A stretch of 62,166 bases of DNA, counting the filler, from Thermodesulfobacteriota bacterium (GTDB taxonomy: Bacteria; DASVDK01), in assembly GCA_036381125.1 (NCBI GenBank). It is 5 parts of 5 records of this genome, joined end to end, with 100 filler letters (N's around TTAATTAATTAA, not from the genome) between each part and the next. Parts side by side here need not be neighbours in the genome. Positions count along the whole stretch, not along the records: positions 1 to 17,773 come from DASVDK010000285.1; positions 17,874 to 37,171 come from DASVDK010000286.1; 3 more parts are not named here. One strand, 5' to 3'. Numbering within the stretch: the stretch's first letter is position 1; each line of letters opens with the position of its first letter. Of the stretch, positions 11,052 through 21,509 are shown piece after piece. The position numbers and the translations under genes were made by a program. The notes beneath the pieces were generated by a model. The model saw only the letters and a list, made by a program, of their open reading frames with translations. It made no database searches and had not been told where the DNA came from.

Positions 11052-11777
11052 CTATGGCCAGGAGGTCTCCCGCATGGGGATGACCGTCAGTTCGGGGATG
11101 ACGGTCTCGTCCGGCTGGGTGAGGACGAAGCGAATGGCGTCGGCGACGTTGCGCGGGTCTTGCAGCAAGCCGGGGTCGAGGTCGGGGAAGCGGTCGAGGA
11201 GGAACGGCGTCCGCATGCCGCCCGCGACGACCGCGGTCACCTTGACGCCGTCGGCCCTGGCCTCCACGTGCAGGGCGTGGCTGAAGCCGAGGAGCCCCCA
11301 CTTGCTCGCGTGGTAGGCGGCGGCGTTGGCCCAGGCGCGCTTGGCGGCGGTGGAGACCACGTTGACGATGTGGCCCCGGCGTTCGCGGCGCATCGCCTCG
11401 AGCGCGGCCTTGGCGGCGACGAACGGGCCGCGGAGGTTCACCGCGAGGATCCGGTCCCACTCGGCCACCGGCATCTCGGAGACCGGCACCGTCAGGTCGA
11501 CCCCCGCGTTGTTCACCAGGACGTCGAGCCGCCCGAACCTCGAGACGACGTCGCCGATGGTCGACGCCACCTGGCGCTCGTCGCGGACGTCCATGGGGGC
11601 GGCGACGGCCCGCCCGCCGACCGCCTCGATCCGCGCCGCCTCGGCGCGCGCCGGCGGCTCGGCCACGTCGGTCACCACCACGATCGCGCCCGCCTCGGCC
11701 AGGCTCTCGCAGACGGCGGCCCCGAGCCCCCGCGCGCCGCCGGTCACCAGCGCCACCCTGCCGCCGAGACCCGACAT
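11052..11777 (-). CDS. SDR family oxidoreductase
   Basis: TGGARGLG, NNAG, YHASK; C-terminus PMRETSWP. Confidence 0.9.
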   Translation of the reverse strand: MSGLGGRVALVTGGARGLGAAVCESLAEAGAIVVVTDVAEPPARAEAARIEAVGGRAVAAPMDVRDERQVASTIGDVVSRFGRLDVLVNNAGVDLTVPVSEMPVAEWDRILAVNLRGPFVAAKAALEAMRRERRGHIVNVVSTAAKRAWANAAAYHASKWGLLGFSHALHVEARADGVKVTAVVAGGMRTPFLLDRFPDLDPGLLQDPRNVADAIRFVLTQPDETVIPELTVIPMRETSWP

Positions 11778-11788
11778 GCCCACCTCCC

Positions 11789-13114
11789 CTAGGGGTTCAT
11801 CGCGACGGGCGGCGCGTCGGCCGCGGCGGGAAGCGCCGCCTCGGGCTCCGGCGCGCCGACCGCGCGCGGCCGCGCGTCCGCACCGCGCGCCGCCAGGACC
11901 GACTCGTAGAGCGCCGCCACTCGCGCGCTCACCTCCCGCCAGGTGAAGTGCGCGCGGACGCGGGCGAGACCACGGCGGCCCATGGCCCGGCCGAGCTGCG
12001 GCGCGGCGCAGATCCGGGCCACCCGGTCGGCCACCGCGTCGGGGTCGCACGGCGGCACGAGGAACCCGGTCTCCCCGTCGACGACCGTGTACGCGATGCC
12101 GCCCACGGCCGCGCCGACCACCGGCCTGGCGCAGGCCATCGCCTCGAGCGGCGTGATGCCGAACGGCTCGTACCAGGGCGTGGTGATGAAGACGTCGGCG
12201 GCCGAGTAGTAGAAGCGAAGGCTCTCGACCGGCCGCCGGCCGGTGAAGACGACCCCGTCGGCGACGTCCGCCTCGCGCGCGACGGCGGCGAGCCGGCCGA
12301 TCTCCGGCGTCACGGCCGGATCGGGCGTGTCGCCGTCGCCCCCCACGACGACGAGCGTGGCGCGCACGCCGTGGCGCTCGCGCAGGCGGGCGAGCGCGCG
12401 GATGACGATGTCGACCCCCTTGCGCGGCACCATCCGCCCGAGCTGCAGCAGGATCGTGCCGCGCGCCGGCAGCCCGGTGACCCGGCGAGCGAAGCGCCTG
12501 GGCACGGGGTAGAAGGTCTCGGGCGCGACGCCGCAGGGGATCATCACGAGGCGCGAGGGGTCGGCGTCGTAGAACCGCCTGAGGTCCTCGGCGTCCTGCG
12601 GGCACTCGGCCAGCACCCGGTCGGCCTCGGCGATGACCCGCTCCTCGATCGCGAATCGCGCGTCCGGGAAGCCGTCCGCGCCCTGCTGGTGGAGGCGCCG
12701 CACGCGGCCGAGCGCGTGGAAGGTGACGACGAACGGGACGCCGAGCGCCGCCTTGAGGTCGGCCGCCACGAGGCCCGACATGAAGAAGTTGGCGTGGAAG
12801 AGGTCGTAGCGGCGCCGCCGGGCGGCGTGCCGCACGTACGCGCCGAAGGCGTCCATGTAGGGGAGCAGCGACTCCTTGGGCACGGGCGCCGCCGGCCCGG
12901 CCGGGACGTGGACGAGCCGGAGCCTCGGGCCGAGCGCGACCCGCTCCGGCAGCCGCGCGCTGTCCCGACGGGTGAAGACGTCCACCTCGTAGCCGAGGGC
13001 GGCCAGGTGGGTCGCCAGCTCGGCGACGTAGACGTTCTGGCCGCCGGCGTCCACGCCGCCGAGGAGGCCCACCGGGGAGGCGTGCTCGCTGATGAGGCCG
13101 ATGCGCCTCGTCAC
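11789..13114 (-). CDS. GT4 glycosyltransferase (MshA-like)
   Basis: ISEHASP..GGVDAGGQNVYV, HANFFMSG, GRMVPRKG, YEPFGITPLEAMA. Confidence 0.9.
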   Translation of the reverse strand: MTRRIGLISEHASPVGLLGGVDAGGQNVYVAELATHLAALGYEVDVFTRRDSARLPERVALGPRLRLVHVPAGPAAPVPKESLLPYMDAFGAYVRHAARRRRYDLFHANFFMSGLVAADLKAALGVPFVVTFHALGRVRRLHQQGADGFPDARFAIEERVIAEADRVLAECPQDAEDLRRFYDADPSRLVMIPCGVAPETFYPVPRRFARRVTGLPARGTILLQLGRMVPRKGVDIVIRALARLRERHGVRATLVVVGGDGDTPDPAVTPEIGRLAAVAREADVADGVVFTGRRPVESLRFYYSAADVFITTPWYEPFGITPLEAMACARPVVGAAVGGIAYTVVDGETGFLVPPCDPDAVADRVARICAAPQLGRAMGRRGLARVRAHFTWREVSARVAALYESVLAARGADARPRAVGAPEPEAALPAAADAPPVAMNP

Positions 13115-14088
13115 GCGGTGGCCCTCGCCGCGGCGGCCGGCAGGCCGGCCGCGTCCGCGAGCGCGCGGTTCCAGTCGGCCACGAATCGCTCGATCCCGAA
13201 GCGGGCCCGCGCGGTCCTGCGCGCGCCCTCGCCGAGCCGGTGCGCGAGCGCGGGGTCGTCGAGGCAGTCGCGGATGCGGTCGGCGAGCCAGGCGGGATCG
13301 GTCCCCGCGAAGCCCGACACGCCGTTCTCGACCACGGTCGCCATCTCCGTCGTCGCGAGCGCGACGACCGGCATGCCGATCATCATCGCTTCGCAGACGG
13401 CGAGCCCGAGGCTCGTCCAGCGGATCGGGTTGACGAGGACGCGGTAGCGCGCCTCGAACGCCGGGAGCGCGCGGTGCGGGATCTCGCCGAGGCCGCCCGC
13501 GGCGGTCGACCCCATCCCGACCAGGTCGATCGGCAGCGCCCCGCGCCAGGCGTCGAGGACGTCCCCGCCGAGGCGCCGGCCGCGCGCGCGGATGTCGTTC
13601 ACCACGCAGAGCGCCCGCGGCAGCTCTCCGGTGTAGCGGACCGACTCCGGCACGACGACGCCGTGCTCGATGACGCGTGTCGGCGTCCGGCCGCTGTCCC
13701 ACATGAGCGCGTTGAAGGGCGTCACGTGCACGAGCAGCACCTCCGGGTCGTCCACCCAGTGCCGCGCGTCCGTCGGGCTCGTCCGGGGCGGATCGTGCTC
13801 GAGATAGAGGCGCGGCAGCCGGCGCTGCTCGGCCGAGAGGATCTCGTCCTGATCGCGCTCCCAGTGCTCGCGCGCCTGGAAGAGCACCGCGTCGAAGTCG
13901 AGCCGACGCACCGCGTCGGCCGGCACCTCGCGCAGCGTCGGCGGCCAGGGGAAGTTCCCCGGCGGCAGCCCGACGTAGCCGGGCGGGCGCCCCGGCTTCA
14001 GGGGCACGACGATCTCGTGCCCCGTCCGCGCCAGGTAGAAGAGGTAGCTGCCGTGGACGTGCCAGGTGAAGAGCCGTAGCCGACGCAC
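13111..14088 (-). CDS. GT4-like glycosyltransferase
   Basis: TWHVHGSYL, YLEHDPP, NPIRWTSLGLAVCEAM; start codon uncertain. Confidence 0.85.
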   Translation of the reverse strand: MRRLRLFTWHVHGSYLFYLARTGHEIVVPLKPGRPPGYVGLPPGNFPWPPTLREVPADAVRRLDFDAVLFQAREHWERDQDEILSAEQRRLPRLYLEHDPPRTSPTDARHWVDDPEVLLVHVTPFNALMWDSGRTPTRVIEHGVVVPESVRYTGELPRALCVVNDIRARGRRLGGDVLDAWRGALPIDLVGMGSTAAGGLGEIPHRALPAFEARYRVLVNPIRWTSLGLAVCEAMMIGMPVVALATTEMATVVENGVSGFAGTDPAWLADRIRDCLDDPALAHRLGEGARRTARARFGIERFVADWNRALADAAGLPAAAARATA

Positions 14089-14134
14089 GGCCGCCGGGCG
14101 AAGCACCTTCCGTGCCTGCAAGCCGGAAGGTAGG

Positions 14135-15223
14135 TCATTCGGCCGCTCGCCGGGCGGTCGCCTCGAGCAGCTCTCGCGCCGCGTCGACCACCGCCTCGGG
14201 GGCGACCTGCCGCAGGCAGGCGTGATGCCCCTCCGGGCAGACGCTGCGGTAGCAGTACCGGCACGGGACGTCGTACGAGAGCACCCGGTGCGCGACGGCC
14301 CACGGCGTGTGCTGCGGGTTGGTGAGGGCGTAGAGGTCGACGACCGGGGTGCCGACCGCGGCGGCGACGTGGACCGGGCCGGTGTTGTTCGCCACGAGGA
14401 GCGGCGCCATCTCGAGGAGCGCGGCAAGCGCCGGGAGGTCGAGCCGTCCCGCCAGGGGGTACGCGCCAGGACCGGCCTCGCGGGCGATCGCCCGCACGAG
14501 ATCGCGCTCGGACGCGCTGCCGGTCAGGACCACCGCGACGCCGAGTCGGCGGATCAGCCCCCGCGCGGCCGCCGTGAACTGCTCGGGCGGATAGCGCCGG
14601 GCGGGCGCGCTCGCGCCGGGGTGGACGACCACCCAGCGGCGGCCGGGCGGCACGCCGGCCGCCTGGAGCGCGCGGTGCGCACGCGCGCGCGCCGTCGCCG
14701 GCACCCGGAGCGACAGCCGCTCGTCGGCGGGCCTCGCGCCGACGGCGGCGACGAGGTCGAGCTGCCGCCGGACCTCGTGGCGGATCCCCCGGGCCGGCTC
14801 GGTCTCGGGCACGTGTTCGGTGAGGAGCTGATACGGGTTCTCGCGGCAGTGGGCGAGCCGGCGCGGGATGCCGGCGAGGTAGCAGAGGAGCGCGGCCGGC
14901 AGCGGGCTCTGGCTGTACACGGTGAAGATGACGGCGCCGTCGACGCGCGCCTCGCGCAGCCGCTCGATCATCGCGAGGTCCGCGCCGGCGCCGCTCCTCG
15001 GCGGCGTCGCCTTCATCCAGGGCGCCTCGTACACGAGGATCTCGTCGATCTCCGGAATCAGCCGCCCGGCGGCCGCGCCGACCGGCGAGGCGAGGAGCGT
15101 GACCCGGCGGCCGTCGCGCGAGCGCTTCAGCGCGCGGATCGCCGGGGAGGTCATCAGGACGTCCCCGAGGCTGTCGAGGCGAACGGCCAGGACGTGCGAG
15201 GCGTCCACCCACGGGTCGCGCAT
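14135..15223 (-). CDS. GT9 glycosyltransferase (ADP-heptose transferase-like)
   Basis: VRLDSLGDVLM, HPGASAPARRY, NNTGPVHVAAAVGTP, C-terminal Cys cluster. Confidence 0.9.
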   Translation of the reverse strand: MRDPWVDASHVLAVRLDSLGDVLMTSPAIRALKRSRDGRRVTLLASPVGAAAGRLIPEIDEILVYEAPWMKATPPRSGAGADLAMIERLREARVDGAVIFTVYSQSPLPAALLCYLAGIPRRLAHCRENPYQLLTEHVPETEPARGIRHEVRRQLDLVAAVGARPADERLSLRVPATARARAHRALQAAGVPPGRRWVVVHPGASAPARRYPPEQFTAAARGLIRRLGVAVVLTGSASERDLVRAIAREAGPGAYPLAGRLDLPALAALLEMAPLLVANNTGPVHVAAAVGTPVVDLYALTNPQHTPWAVAHRVLSYDVPCRYCYRSVCPEGHHACLRQVAPEAVVDAARELLEATARRAAE

Positions 15224-15266
15224 CGTTCGAGGGGCCTCCGGTCGAGCGTCTCGGCGGCGCCCCGGG

Positions 15267-15282
15267 TGCACGAAGCGTTCCC
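15267..15282 (-). promoter_or_regulatory. sigma54-like promoter of the GT9-GT4-GT4-SDR operon
   Basis: minus strand GGAACGCTTCGTGCA, GG-N10-GC. Confidence 0.45.
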
Positions 15283-15361
15283 CGCGACAGCCCGCACCTG
15301 CCCGCGAGGAGGACCCGGCCGGCGTGCCGGCCGGCGGTTCCGGCCGACCCCACCGGGCGTG

Positions 15362-15377
15362 CGGCATGCCGGTTGCT
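15362..15377 (+). promoter_or_regulatory. sigma54 promoter of the carbamoyltransferase operon
   Basis: CGGCATGCCGGTTGCT, GG-N10-GC. Confidence 0.6.
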
Positions 15378-15391
15378 CGCCCCGGCGCGGC

Positions 15392-17119
15392 ATGTACACC
15401 CTCGGCATCAACGCCGCCTTCCACGACTCGTCGGCGTGCCTGGTCCGGGACGGCCGGGTCGTCGCGGCCGCCGAGGAGGAGCGCTTCACGCGGATCAAGC
15501 ACGGGAAGCGCCCCGTGCCCTTCTCGACCTGGGAACTGCCCTTCCACGCCATCGATTACTGCCTCCGCGAGGCGGGGATCCGCCTCGCCGACGTGGACCA
15601 CGTCGCCTACGGCTTCGACCCGTACATCCGGCTCGGGGAGCACCGCGGCCGCGCCGCGATCACGCTGCCGCTCGAGCCGTCGGCGCACTCCCCGCCCGCG
15701 GAGTGGGAGTCCCCCTGGGACCCGCTCTTCCTCTCGTCCGTCGTCAACGCCCCACGCCAGCTCGCCGGCGGCGCGCCGCATCACCTCGCGGCTCGCTTCC
15801 GGGGCGTCACCCCGGACGGCCCCTTCCGCTGGCACTTCGTCGAGCACCACCTCGCGCACGCCGCGAGCGCCTTCCACGCGTCGCCGTTCGAGGAGGCGGC
15901 CGTGCTCACGCTCGACGGCCGCGGGGAACAGGCGGCGACCAGCTACCGGATGGGACACGGCACCGCGCTCGACCTCCTCGGTCAGGTCGACGTGCCGCAC
16001 TCGCTCGGCCTCCTCTACGAGGCGGTGACGAGCCACCTCGGCTTCCTGCACTCGTCGGACGAGTACAAGGTCATGGCCCTCGCCGCGTACGGCCGGCCGA
16101 TCTATCGAGACGTCTTCCGCGACGTCATCCGGCTCGAGGAGGGCGGCCGGTACCGGATCGCGCCGCCGAGGCTCGTCGAGCGGTTCGGGCCGGCGCGACC
16201 GAGGGGGGGACCTCTCGAGCGCCGCCACTGCGACCTCGCTCGATCGCTCCAGGAAGCGCTCGAGGAGACGGCGCTCGCGCTGGCGTCGTGGCTGCACCGC
16301 GAGACGCGCGCCGGCGCGCTCTGCCTCGCCGGCGGCGTGGCGCTCAACTGCGTCATGAACGCGAGGCTGCGCGACCGGGGGCCCTTCCGCGACATCTGGG
16401 TCCAGCCGGCGGCGGGCGACGCGGGGACGGCGCTCGGCGCCGCCCTCTGGGTGGACGCGCGGGAGCGGGGCGCGACCTCCCGGACGTGGCGGATGGACCA
16501 CGCCTTCCTGGGGCCCGCCTACGACGACGAGGAGATCGAGAGCTTCCTGCGGTGGTCGAAGCTCCCCTTCCGCCGCCTCGCCGACGTGCCGGGCGAGACC
16601 GCCGCCCTCCTGGCCGAGGGGCGGATCGTCGGGTGGTTCCAGGGACGCATGGAGTTCGGGCCCCGCGCCCTCGGCGCGCGGTCGATCCTCGCCTCGCCGA
16701 CCGATCCGGCGTTGCAGGCGCGCCTCAACGAGATCAAGGACCGGGAGGACTTCCGGCCGGTGGCGCCGGTCGTCCTCGAGGCCGCGGCGGCCGAGTGGTT
16801 CGTCGGCGCCGGCCGGTCCCCCTTCATGCTCTTCGTCCACGACGTGCGACCCGACCGCGCCGGCCGCATCCCGGCCGTGCGGCACGTGGACGGGACGGCG
16901 CGGATCCAGACCATCGCCCGCGACGAGCACCCCCGCTACCACGACCTCCTCGTCGCCTTCGCGGGGCGCACCGGCGTGCCGGTGCTCGTCAACACCTCCT
17001 TCAACACGCGCGGGGAACCGATCGTCTGCACGCCGCGCGACGCGGTGGAGTGCTTCTGGACCTCGCCGCTCGACGCGCTCGTGATCGGCTCGTTCCTCCT
17101 CGAGAAGCCGGGGAGATGA
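15392..17119 (+). CDS. carbamoyltransferase (NodU/CmcH family)
   Basis: HDSSA, EEERFTRIKH, HHLAHA, DGRGE, AGGVALNC, EFGPRALG, NTSFN. Confidence 0.95.
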   Translation: MYTLGINAAFHDSSACLVRDGRVVAAAEEERFTRIKHGKRPVPFSTWELPFHAIDYCLREAGIRLADVDHVAYGFDPYIRLGEHRGRAAITLPLEPSAHSPPAEWESPWDPLFLSSVVNAPRQLAGGAPHHLAARFRGVTPDGPFRWHFVEHHLAHAASAFHASPFEEAAVLTLDGRGEQAATSYRMGHGTALDLLGQVDVPHSLGLLYEAVTSHLGFLHSSDEYKVMALAAYGRPIYRDVFRDVIRLEEGGRYRIAPPRLVERFGPARPRGGPLERRHCDLARSLQEALEETALALASWLHRETRAGALCLAGGVALNCVMNARLRDRGPFRDIWVQPAAGDAGTALGAALWVDARERGATSRTWRMDHAFLGPAYDDEEIESFLRWSKLPFRRLADVPGETAALLAEGRIVGWFQGRMEFGPRALGARSILASPTDPALQARLNEIKDREDFRPVAPVVLEAAAAEWFVGAGRSPFMLFVHDVRPDRAGRIPAVRHVDGTARIQTIARDEHPRYHDLLVAFAGRTGVPVLVNTSFNTRGEPIVCTPRDAVECFWTSPLDALVIGSFLLEKPGR

Positions 17120-17773
17120 TGCCGCGGGTCTCCGTCGTCGTCCCAACCTATCGTCGGCCGGACCTGCTCGACCGGTGCCTCGCGGCGCTCGACACGCAGA
17201 CGCTCGACCCCGGCGCGTACGAGGTGCTCGTCGTCGACGACGCCGACGCCGCCGGGACCCGGCGGCAGGTCGAGGCCTTCGCGGCCCGCGCCCGCCCGGC
17301 CGTGCGCTACCTCGCGGTCTCGGGGCGGCACGGGCCCGCGGTCGCGCGCAACGTCGGCTGGCGCGCCGCGCGGGGCGCGATCGTGGCCTTCACCGACGAC
17401 GACACGGTGGCCGACCCGCGGTGGCTCGCCGCCGGGCTGGCGGCGTTCGTCGACGGCGTGGCGGGCGTCGCCGGGCGGGTGGCGGTGCCCCTGCCGGCCA
17501 CGCCGACCGACTACGAGCGCGACGCCGCCGGCCTCGAGATCGGGCAGTTCGTCACGGCCAACTGCTTCTACCGGCGCGACGCGCTTGCCGCCGTCGACGG
17601 CTTCGACGAGCGCTTCGAGGCAGCCTGGCGCGAGGACTCCGACCTCTGGTTCAGCCTCGAGGCGGCCGGGGCCCGGCTCGAGCGCTGCGACGCGGCGCTC
17701 GTCCTGCACCCGGTGCGGCCGGCGCGCTTCGGCGTGAGCCTCGGCCAGCAACGCAAGGCGCAGTTCAACGCCC
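17116..17773 (+). CDS. GT2 glycosyltransferase (3' truncated at contig end)
   Basis: VVVPTY, VVDD, GPAVARN, FTDDD, GFDERF..REDSD. Confidence 0.9.
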
Positions 17774-17873
17774 NNNNNNNNNNNNNNNNNNNNNNNNNNN
17801 NNNNNNNNNNNNNNNNNTTAATTAATTAANNNNNNNNNNNNNNNNNNNNNNNNNNNNNNNNNNNNNNNNNNNN
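17774..17873. other. artificial contig linker
   Basis: N-run flanking TTAATTAATTAA (stops in six frames). Confidence 0.99.
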
Positions 17874-18812
17874 GTGCCCCGCGATCGACTCGCGCATCTC
17901 CGTGTCGGCCTGCACGTTGCGCATCTGGTAGTAGTCCATGACGCCGAGGCGCCCGCTGCGGAAGGCCTCGGAGATCGCCTTCGGTACCTCTGCCTCCGCC
18001 TGCACCACGCGCGCCCGCATCGCCTGCTCCTCCGCCACCGCCATGGCTCGCCGCTCCTCGGCCTTCGCCTGCGCCACCCGCTTGTCCGCCTCGGCCTGGT
18101 CGGTCTGGAGCTGGGCGCCGATGTTCTTGCCGACGTCGACGTCGGCGATGTCGATCGAGAGGATCTCGTAGGCGGTGCCGGCGTCGAGCCCCTTCTCGAG
18201 GACCGTCTTCGAGATGCTGTCCGGGTTCTCGAGCACCTGCTTGTGGCTGCGCGCCGACCCGATCGTCGACACGATGCCCTCGCCGACCCGCGCGAGGATC
18301 GTCTCCTCGCCGGCGCCGCCGACGAGGCGGTCGATGTTGGCCCGTACGGTGACCCGCGCCTGGGCGATGATCTGGATGCCGTCGTTGGCGACGGCGGCCA
18401 CCCTCGGGGTGTCGATCACCTTGGGGTTCACGCTCACCTTGACGGCGTCGAGCACGTCGCGCCCGGCGAGGTCGATGGCGGTGGCCCGCTGGAAGGTGAG
18501 CGGGATGTTGGCCTTGTCGGCCGAGATGAGGGCGTTCACCACCTGGTTCACGTTGCCGCCCGCCAGGTAGTGCGCCTCGAGCCGGTCGACGTCCATCGTG
18601 AGGCCGGCCTTGGTGGCGCTGATCAGCGGCCGGACCACGGCATGCGGGTTCACCTTGCGCAGGCGCATGCCGACGAGGGTCGACACGCGGATCGGCACGC
18701 CGGAGAAGTAGGCCGTGATCCAGAGGCCCACCGGCACGAAGTAGAGGAAGACGGCCGCCGCGACGAGGATGGCGACGACGACGAAACCGAGCACGACGAG
18801 CGACAGGTCCAT
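17874..18812 (-). CDS. floA: flotillin-like protein FloA/YqfA (3' truncated)
   Basis: [48 protein letters not shown]. Confidence 0.95.
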
Positions 18813-18815
18813 AGA

Positions 18816-20195
18816 TCACCTCTCTTCCCGCTCCCTGACGACCTCCCTGACGATCGGCCTCGTGCCGGCCATCCGGACGACCGTCACCGCCCGGCCCGCG
18901 GGGACGAACGGCCCCTCGGAGACCACCTCGACGCGCGCGCCGCCGAACTCGGCGAAGCCGGTGGGGCGAAGGTCGGTGAGCGTGCGCCCCTCCTGGCCGA
19001 CCCACTCGGGCCCCGGCTCCCCGGCCGGCGCGGAAGGGGCCGGCGTCCGCTCGGGGCCGAGCACGGCGGCCAGCCGGAGCCGCCGGAAGGCGGGCGTCGC
19101 CGGCGCGAGCAGGGAGAGGAGCACGACGCCGCCGGCCGTGAGCACGAGCGTGCCGACGAGGATCCAGGCCGCCCGCGACCAGTCGGCCATGGTGGGGAGG
19201 CGGCCGACGAGCGAGAGCCCCAGCCCCGCAAGGAGCGCGACGAGGCCGAGGATCCCCGCGACGCCGAAGCCCGGGATCACGAGGAGCTCGAGCAGCAGGA
19301 GGAGCACGCCGACGGCGACGAGCGCCGCCTCCTCCCAGCCGACCAGCCCGACGACGTACTGGCCGCCGAAGTAGAGCGCGAGGGCGGCGATGCCGATGCC
19401 GCCGGCGAGGCCGAAGCCGGGCGAGTACAGCTCCACGATGATCCCCACCATCCCGACCGAGAGCAGGAGTGACTGGACGATCGGGTTCGTGAGGACGCGG
19501 AGGAGCCGCTCCGCCCAGTTCGGCGCCGGCTGCACGACGCGGGCGCCCGCGAGCCCCTCGGCCGCGAGCAGGGCGGCCCGTCCGGCCGCCTCGCCGTCGG
19601 CGATGCCGAGCGAGAGCGCCTGCGCCGTCGTGAGGGTGAGGAGCTTGCCTTCGGGGGCGAGGGGCGGGAAGTCGACGTCGGCGTCGACCATCGCGGCGGC
19701 CGCCTCGGGCGGCCGGCCGCGCGCCTCGGCGGTGGCGCGGAAGAGCTCCCGGACGGCCGAGGTCGCCTTCTCCCCGGCCGGCTGCCCGGCGGCGTCGACC
19801 GGCGCGGCTGCGCCGATCACGGCGCCGGGCGTCATGTAGATGCGCGTCGATGCGAGCGCGACGAGGGCCCCGGCGGAGTACGCCTCGCGGTCGACGAAGG
19901 CGATGGTGGGGAGCTGGGCACGGAGCAGGGCGTCGCGGATCCGGATGGCGGCATCCACTCGCCCGCCGGGGGTCTCGAGGCGGATGACGACGGCGGCGGC
20001 CCCTTCGGCCGCCGCCTCGTCGAGGACCCGCTCGAGATAGGGGGCGAGGCCGAGGTCGATGGTCCCCGCGACCTCGACCTGGTAGACGAGGGGTGGGCCG
20101 GTCGCCGCGCCGACCGCCGCCCGGGGCGGTGGACCGAGGGCCAGGCCGATCGCGATCGCGGCGACGAGCCGGCCGATGACGCGTCGAGCGTCCAT
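18816..20195 (-). CDS. nfeD: NfeD family membrane protein (long form)
   Basis: signal peptide, LETPGG, AYSAGAL, GKLLTLT, multi-TM region, TDLRPTG C-terminal domain. Confidence 0.9.
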   Translation of the reverse strand: MDARRVIGRLVAAIAIGLALGPPPRAAVGAATGPPLVYQVEVAGTIDLGLAPYLERVLDEAAAEGAAAVVIRLETPGGRVDAAIRIRDALLRAQLPTIAFVDREAYSAGALVALASTRIYMTPGAVIGAAAPVDAAGQPAGEKATSAVRELFRATAEARGRPPEAAAAMVDADVDFPPLAPEGKLLTLTTAQALSLGIADGEAAGRAALLAAEGLAGARVVQPAPNWAERLLRVLTNPIVQSLLLSVGMVGIIVELYSPGFGLAGGIGIAALALYFGGQYVVGLVGWEEAALVAVGVLLLLLELLVIPGFGVAGILGLVALLAGLGLSLVGRLPTMADWSRAAWILVGTLVLTAGGVVLLSLLAPATPAFRRLRLAAVLGPERTPAPSAPAGEPGPEWVGQEGRTLTDLRPTGFAEFGGARVEVVSEGPFVPAGRAVTVVRMAGTRPIVREVVREREER

Positions 20196-20240
20196 CCGAG
20201 CATGGTACACGCTCGGCCGAACGCTCGCGCTCGCAACACG

Positions 20241-21509
20241 TCAGCTCGTGAAGAACGGCTGGGTGCCGTGCGCCTCGATCGCCTCGGCCAGGCGGGCGAG
20301 GGCGTGCACGTAGGCGGCCGTCCGGCAGGTGAGCGACTTCTCCCTCGAGAGCGTCCAGACCTTCCGTCCCTCGGCCTCCATGATCGACTTGAGCCGCGCG
20401 TGCACCTCCTCGAGCGTCCAGTAGTAGCCCTGCCGGTTCTGCACCCACTCGAAGTAGGACACCGTGACCCCGCCCGCGTTCGCGAGGATGTCGGGAAGGA
20501 CCACCACCCCCTTGCGGGCGAGGATCGCGTCGGCCTCGGGGGTGACCGGGCCGTTGGCCAGCTCGAGGATCACCTTCGCCTTGACGCGCTCGGCGTTGTC
20601 GGCGTGGATCATGTCCTCCAGGGCGGCCGGGACGAGGAGCTCGCAGTCCATGGCGATCAGGTCCTCGCCGGGGATCGCGGTCGCGCCGTCGCTGCCCGCC
20701 AGCGCGGCCACGCTCCCGTCGCGCCGCTTGGCGGCGGCGAGCTTCGCCGGGTCGAGCCCCTGCCGGGAGTAAACGGCGCCCTGCGAGTCCGACACGGCCA
20801 CGATCCGGTAGCCCTCGAAGTGCAGCATGCGGGCGATGTGCTGGCCGGCGTTGCCGAACCCCTGGATGGCGACGCGCCGCTCGGCGTCGGCGAGCCCCAG
20901 CTCCCGCTCGAGGTGCTTGATCAGATAGAAGCCGCCCCGGGCCGTCGCGTCCTCGCGGCCGAGCGAGCCGCCGAGGGCGATCGGCTTGCCGGTGATGACC
21001 GCCGGCGACGCCTGGCCGACGATGGTGTTGTACTCGTCGGCCATCCACCCCATGATCATCGCGTTCGTGTAGACGTCCGGGGCCGGGATGTCGCGCTCCG
21101 GCCCGATGACGCGGGCGAACGCCTGGACGTACGCTCGGGAGAGCCGCTCGAGTTCGGCCTTCGACAGCCGGCGCGGGTCGACGCGGACCGCCCCCTTGGC
21201 GCCGCCGTACGGCAGGTTCGCCACGGCGCACTTGAAGGTCATCCAGAACGCAAGGGTCTCGACCTCCTCGGCCGTGGTGTCCGGGTGGAACCGGATCCCC
21301 CCTTTCGTCGGTCCGCGCGTGTCGTCGTAGCGGCACCGCCACGCCATGAACGACTTCCTGGACCCGTCGTCCATGCGGATCATGAGACGGACCTGCAAGG
21401 TCTCCCGGGGGTACTTGAGCTTCTCGAGCACGTCGCCATCGATGTCCAGGTGGCGCGCCGCTTCGTCGAGGCGCGTCAGCGCCTGGGCGAGCATGGATCG
21501 TTCCGTCAT
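20241..21509 (-). CDS. gdhA: Glu/Leu/Phe/Val dehydrogenase (glutamate dehydrogenase)
   Basis: GPTKGGIRF, PYGGAKG, DIPAPDV, QGFGNAG, ANAGGVTVSYFEWVQN. Confidence 0.93.
   Translation of the reverse strand: MTERSMLAQALTRLDEAARHLDIDGDVLEKLKYPRETLQVRLMIRMDDGSRKSFMAWRCRYDDTRGPTKGGIRFHPDTTAEEVETLAFWMTFKCAVANLPYGGAKGAVRVDPRRLSKAELERLSRAYVQAFARVIGPERDIPAPDVYTNAMIMGWMADEYNTIVGQASPAVITGKPIALGGSLGREDATARGGFYLIKHLERELGLADAERRVAIQGFGNAGQHIARMLHFEGYRIVAVSDSQGAVYSRQGLDPAKLAAAKRRDGSVAALAGSDGATAIPGEDLIAMDCELLVPAALEDMIHADNAERVKAKVILELANGPVTPEADAILARKGVVVLPDILANAGGVTVSYFEWVQNRQGYYWTLEEVHARLKSIMEAEGRKVWTLSREKSLTCRTAAYVHALARLAEAIEAHGTQPFFTS

Noticed and set aside
13998-14138. ATG overlapping the GT9 stop (MTYLPACRHGRCF...) suggesting a frameshifted GT4 start or leader peptide
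   Set aside because: Out of frame with the GT4, in-frame GTG starts exist at 14088 and 14106, and there is no slippery site or other support
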